Shown one piece after another: positions 62,126-64,000 of a stretch of DNA of 64,000 nt; position 1 is the first letter of the stretch, and each line of letters starts with the position of its first letter. A program made the position numbers and the translations under genes. Location of the stretch: the IMG/VR virus record IMGVR_UViG_3300036770_005052, positions 80,423-144,422 of that record, one strand, 5' to 3'. A model generated the notes under the pieces. The model was given only the letters and a program-made list of their open reading frames with translations, ran no database searches and was not told the origin of the DNA. This stretch comes from a virus.

Positions 62126-62180
62126 GCCAGTTTTTTAACTGTCACACCATCTCCCACTCCTGGACAAAATCTTGTAGACT
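62126..62180 (+). repeat. Intergenic element copy 16 (most symmetric palindrome)
   Basis: (TGT)GCCAGTT-TTTT-AACTGTCACA...TAGACT. Confidence 0.75.
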
Positions 62181-62483
62181 GTATTGGTATTGAAAAAAGA
62201 CTCAATCTTGAAAATCAATGATTTCTTTGCCAAATTGTAATTCTTCCATCATGACTGAACTGACTCAAGAAAACTATTGTGACCAACAACCTGTCACAAT
62301 GGAATTTACATTTGAAGAGCATGATTTTCTGAATGACATCTTGTGCCATGCATCAGATGGGATATTCGTTGCATATCCAAATTTTCATGAACTTCCAGAA
62401 GATTCTGAAATTTGCCAACGTTTTAAAATGCTTGAACAAATGAGGTACAAATCTAATCAACTTTGGAAAAACCGTTTCGGTAA

Positions 62484-63023
62484 TTGATTATGACACAACA
62501 ATTTAATATTGGTGATATTGTCACCAAAAAACATGGTAAAAAACCTGCTGAAATTGTCAGTAAAGGTTGGTATACGTCAGATTCTTGGACTTGTCGGTAT
62601 CTTCACTCCAAACAATCTTTTACTGAATATGCATCTGATCTAAAACTTTACGATGAGGAAACTGAAATGACTGCTGATACTAAAACTCTCTATTCTTTCA
62701 CCGTTGATGGTGTTGTTGCCTATGGTACTCACATCGGCACCAACAGTAGCAACCAATATCTGATTGAAGAAAAAGGCACTGGTAAGATTCACGTCTTTGA
62801 TAAGAAAGACCTGGAAGAAGTTGTACCTTATACTTTCAGTGCTTCTATTAGTGGCAAAGAAACTCATTATGTCGGCACTCCTGGTGCTCTGAAGAAAAAT
62901 GATGTGCTACTCTACACTGGTTCCAGCACTCCTCAGGTTGCTGTAGTGACTGGTGTGGATACCAAGAACAAAAGCGCCCGATCCAAGTTCAAGGGTGCTA
63001 AACTGGTGACTGAAGCAATCTGA
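62484..63023 (+). CDS. Hypothetical protein
   Basis: 179-aa beta-rich ORF. Confidence 0.6.
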   Translation: MIMTQQFNIGDIVTKKHGKKPAEIVSKGWYTSDSWTCRYLHSKQSFTEYASDLKLYDEETEMTADTKTLYSFTVDGVVAYGTHIGTNSSNQYLIEEKGTGKIHVFDKKDLEEVVPYTFSASISGKETHYVGTPGALKKNDVLLYTGSSTPQVAVVTGVDTKNKSARSKFKGAKLVTEAI

Positions 63024-63026
63024 TTT

Positions 63027-63215
63027 ATGAAAACTTCTACTGCTCTTGGTGTTGTATTTGGTGTAATTGTCCTTGCAACTGCTGGACTTCTTTTTGAGGC
63101 ATGGTTGCTTGGACTGATTCTGTCTTGGTTTGGTGTATCATTGACCTTCTGGCAGAATTTTGCTATTATCTTTCTCGCTAATCTTATTTTCAAATCTAAC
63201 GTATCTTCTAAATGA
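63027..63215 (+). CDS. Small integral membrane protein
   Basis: Almost entirely hydrophobic, two predicted helices. Confidence 0.7.
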   Translation: MKTSTALGVVFGVIVLATAGLLFEAWLLGLILSWFGVSLTFWQNFAIIFLANLIFKSNVSSK

Positions 63216-63529
63216 AACCTCTTCTTGCTATTGTCGGTGGTGTCGTTGGTTTTGGTGCTTTCGTTTGGGGAGTTGCCTATCACGAACTCATCTTCACTTC
63301 ATTCTTTGCTCCTAAGTTTGAGAATGTTCGCAGGAATACTTTTGAGCAATCAAAGTCCTTCCGAACTGGTGCTGTTCAAGAACTGCAAAATATGCAGTTT
63401 GAATACATTAAAGCATCGCCTGAACATAAGAAAGCACTTGCAGATATTATTCGGCATCGTGCTGTAGAAGTTCCTGCTGATGCTATGCCTTCTGATCTTC
63501 AATCCTTTATCTCTAATCTTCCTCAATGA
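63212..63529 (+). CDS. Membrane-anchored protein
   Basis: N-terminal TM helix, 'VRRNTFEQSKSF..G..QEL' helical domain. Confidence 0.7.
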   Translation: MKPLLAIVGGVVGFGAFVWGVAYHELIFTSFFAPKFENVRRNTFEQSKSFRTGAVQELQNMQFEYIKASPEHKKALADIIRHRAVEVPADAMPSDLQSFISNLPQ

Positions 63530-64000
63530 AAACTATCATTTCTGTTGCTGCAATCGCTGCTCTCGGGATTACTTTGACTGGTTGTATTGAAGAAAACTCG
63601 GATGATGCTCAACGTTCTCAACAAGAACGTATCCTGAGGGAAGGAACTGCTCAAACTGGTATGCCTGCCATCAAGAACTTCCGTGAACGCAAACTCTTGA
63701 AGCAGATTATTGAAATGCGTGATCAGGATGGTCTGGTGACTTATACTTATACTGTTCCTGAAACTACTGGTCGTCCTGTGTTTCTGTGCAACTCTATTGG
63801 TTATGGTCTCCCTGCTGCTACACAATACACCAATCCAGAAAAATATGAAATGAGTGGAACAACTCTTCCTCAGGCAGATCCTAATGGTTTGTTCTCTCCT
63901 TCCAGTGCAGAAGGTACTTGGGTGATGTGTTCTGATCCTTCTGGCAGTGGCAAAACCCGCCCTGTTTATGTTGAACCTCGTATTATTGTTTCTCCATTCA
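63526..64000 (+). CDS. Lipoprotein (runs off window end; not in ORF track)
   Basis: MKTIISVAAIAALGITLTGC lipobox; '...IGYGLP...QYTNP...LPQADPNGLFSP.SAEGTWVMC...VYVEP'. Confidence 0.75.
   Translation, partial: MKTIISVAAIAALGITLTGCIEENSDDAQRSQQERILREGTAQTGMPAIKNFRERKLLKQIIEMRDQDGLVTYTYTVPETTGRPVFLCNSIGYGLPAATQYTNPEKYEMSGTTLPQADPNGLFSPSSAEGTWVMCSDPSGSGKTRPVYVEPRIIVSPF

Noticed and set aside
62123-62146. CRP or NtcA site as the identity of the palindrome
   Set aside because: TGTG...CACA arms are ~14 nt apart, not the 6 of CRP; no GTA-N8-TAC; centred near -53 rather than -41.5.
25264-62180. CRISPR array interpretation of the repeated element
   Set aside because: Copies are degenerate and separated by 0.3-10 kb of genes rather than 30-40-nt spacers; no cas genes.
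26738-63825. Minus-strand ORFs in the accessory region
   Set aside because: All overlap better-supported + strand genes; promoters and coupling signals are all on +.

Overview
A 64-kb, AT-rich segment of a large T4-like (myovirus-type) cyanophage genome, with essentially all real genes on the + strand. The cyanobacterial host is inferred from a CP12 gene, T4-type late promoters and typical cyanomyovirus ORFs. (1) 1-25.2 kb is a tail-fibre/adhesin module. It holds two giant Gly-X-Gln collagen-like proteins (one ending in five Reelin-like repeats), a nidogen-like protein, a 2042-aa fibre with an S74 chaperone, a Gly-rich gp38-like adhesin, two 2OG-Fe(II) oxygenases and a DUF3431 protein. A small sigma70-driven island at 12.4-13.1 kb contains a Phd-like ORF, a non-canonical UAU tRNA, a pseudoknot and a damaged tRNA-Leu(UAA). 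(2) 25.3-52 kb contains a DEAH helicase, then roughly 100 tiny, tightly coupled ORFs with several paralog families. The most striking feature is a family of about 16 fixed-geometry intergenic elements (14 here, two more at 59.6 and 62.1 kb): imperfect palindrome + hairpin + -10 box + leader, running from the upstream stop codon to the downstream start codon. Near-identical copies flank single genes, which suggests a portable promoter/cassette shuffling system. (3) 52-64 kb contains nucleotide-sugar enzymes, an AbrB-like fusion, an Asp/Asn beta-hydroxylase-like gene, a short CP12 absent from the ORF track, a complete Bsp6I-like type II restriction-modification pair, a HEXXH metallopeptidase and a membrane protein/lipoprotein trio cut by the window end. 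All family assignments come from motif recognition by eye, not database searches.
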